Origin: Mobula hypostoma
Taxonomy: Eukaryota
Assembly (NCBI RefSeq): GCF_963921235.1
Contig: NC_086108.1
Span: 78,742,001-78,806,000, forward strand
Length of the DNA stretch: 64,000 nt
Reading direction: 5' to 3'
Position 1 is the stretch's first letter. Each line of letters opens with the position of its first letter. A program made the position numbers and the translations under genes. The notes below the pieces were generated by a model, which searched no databases, was not told where the DNA came from, and worked only from the letters and a program-made list of their open reading frames with translations. Below are positions 62,066-64,000 of the stretch, piece after piece.

Positions 62066-62372
62066 TGTTATGTTTGTAGCTCCAAGACATTAAGCTAATT
62101 TTAAGGAAAGGACAGAAAGTCCGAAGGGAGAGTCTAACTTAGTTTCTTTAACTTTATGCATGGCAATGCTCTTGGCAAATTCTGGATGTGTTGGCATCAC
62201 AGACAGTGCATGGCAAGCTGCTCGATCTGCTGATCTATCCCAGGTCACCAGATAAAGCTTTGAGCGATTGCTTTCATTTTGAATGGTGCCTAGATGAAAC
62301 AAGTTCAATCCCAGAGCTGGTAAAAATGGGGGTACTGGAGTTTCTGCTATTTTGGAGCTACAAAACATAGCA
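62066..62372. mobile_element. 307-bp TG...CA element with about 20-bp terminal inverted repeats, related to the LTR-like insertion at 39875
   Basis: tgttatgtttgtagctccaa versus reverse complement tgctatgttttgtagctccaa. Confidence 0.55.
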
Positions 62373-62449
62373 TATACATTATTCACTGTACAAGTTAATA
62401 TTGAATTTTAAGAAAGCCAAAAGAGACCAAGACATCTTTTTCAATATCC

Positions 62450-62775
62450 ATGGGTTACTGGCAAGGCCAGTGCTTATTTCTGAATCAAAATAAACTTTAT
62501 TCATAATAATAAAAAAATTACATTAATATACCATGCAGCCTTTTCATTCTTTGCATTCATAGTCGATGCTTTCAGTACTGTTCGATTACATTCCAACACA
62601 TCAATTGCACTGCTGCCACTCGTGATCCTCTGGGATGGTATTCTACTACAATAATTGAAGGGCTTCCTCACCCAATCCAGCCCCTCCCTTTGCCTTTCTC
62701 TAATTGCCCTTGGTACTGGTACAACTGAATGGCTTGTTCGGCTACTTTTGAGAATAATTAAGGGACAACCACATT
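62450..62775 (-). mobile_element. Old SINE/LINE tail interrupted at about 62482-62690 by another LINE 3' end; a related tail lies at about 63435-63600
   Basis: ctggcaaggccagtgcttattt|...|gcctttctctaattgcccttg; the insert carries a minus-strand aataaa near its end. Confidence 0.55.
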
Positions 62776-64000
62776 TTAGAAATTAGTTCTACTGTATCAA
62801 AAATCTAAAAAGTTTTCCAAAACTAAAATAACTGAGCATATGACATGAATATTCCATACTGCATGTGATATTTCACAGCACTAATTTTCAGCATGTTCTG
62901 AAATTAACTTGACTAAAATAAATTTTCACTAAGACTTATTTATCAGCTGCATCACCTCCTCTCTCCCGCAGCAGCTTGCAAGCACAATGTGAAACCCTCA
63001 CGTGAATTATCATGAACCAAAGCCAGGTAATCTGAAAATTCTGAACATCACACACGGTGATATTTCTGGAAATTTGCCTGGCAGTTGCTGGCTCTACCTT
63101 TCAAGATGAAGCAGCCCAAAGACAGAGTACAGGTCCTGTTCAGAACTTTGGTTAGAAATGCTCTCAGCTGCAATATGTTTCAATGGCATAATAATGCTGT
63201 TTCAAAGGTGTCAGTTCTCCAGGGTTTGAAAATCGGGAACAGTCAAAGCTATAATTTTGTGGGTTCAACTCAAACCTACATCGTTTAGTAAGAAAAGCCA
63301 AGCTGTCTGCATTCAACTTCAGTGACACCTCTCAGTTCTTGTGTTTCTTTAAAGAAATAACTGGAAAGGATTGCTCTACCACCTCTGTGCACAACTCATT
63401 CCCACCGCATCCCCAAACCTCATGCATAGCTGGAACTCTGGGGTTGCAAGGGTCAGTATTTATTGGCTCATCCCGAATTGCTCTTGAGAAGATGGTAGTG
63501 AGCGATCATAATTTGAACTGCTGCTGTCTGTGTGCTGAAAAACAGTGCTGGTAGATGGTGTGTTCCCTCTTGATAGTGAGACGAGAAGGTCAATTCCAGA
63601 GTGATTGTGTATGGTCTAAAAATCATCACATCTCGCTCCAGGATCAAGTTTTTTTTTATTTTTTTTTTTTTTACACACACATTGCTGAGAAAAATGTGCC
63701 ACTCCCACCAAGCTTGAATTTTTAGACTGGTATCCAATTGCAGTCTAATATTTAATAAATTTCAAGATACATTTGTGAGGCAAAAATATCAGTATCTGCA
63801 ATTGAGCCTTAACACCACATGCATCCCGAGATGAAAGGTGTTGTCAACTTGGAAGAATACCAAAAATGATTAAGTACATAGTCAAGTTCTCTGATGTGGA
63901 AATGTTTATTCTTGTGTTTCATTTATGGGGAAAAGAATATTTTTCATTTGCATAATGCCAGAAAAAAAATTGAAGTTCAAAGCAAACATCTGAGAATCTT

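Noticed and set aside
62090..62386. 98-aa ORF as a host exon
   Set aside because: Lies within the inverted-repeat element; no recognisable protein motif.
1..64000. Prokaryotic systems (CRISPR array, operon, retron) or a host gene assignment
   Set aside because: No regularly spaced repeat-spacer array or gene-dense organisation; all RT motifs are non-LTR retrotransposon type; no host peptide recognised.

Overview
Eukaryotic, repeat-dominated non-coding DNA. The repeat repertoire (esterase-ORF1 CR1 LINEs, Rex1/Babar LINEs, Penelope-like elements, HE1/V-SINE-type SINEs) points to a cartilaginous fish, probably a ray; this is inference, not a database match. I could not identify a host protein-coding gene. 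Every ORF with a recognisable product belongs to a decayed transposable element, and many elements are nested 2-4 deep. Most interesting signals: (1) four CR1 copies from different subfamilies all end ORF1 in a U_UUA_AAC-stop motif (one copy has a substitution in the heptamer, another in the stop), with ORF2 opening in the -1 frame in the two clean copies and no AUG before the endonuclease in one of them, consistent with programmed -1 ribosomal frameshifting; (2) a Sleeping Beauty-type Tc1 right end inside a Tigger/pogo element; (3) minimal hammerhead ribozymes in Penelope-like elements; (4) a back-to-back pair of related solo LTRs and an LTR-derived inverted-repeat element; (5) an HDV-like pseudoknot candidate at the 5' end of an RTE-derived element. 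Family names come from recalled consensus motifs. Boundaries without a TSD are approximate (tens of bp).
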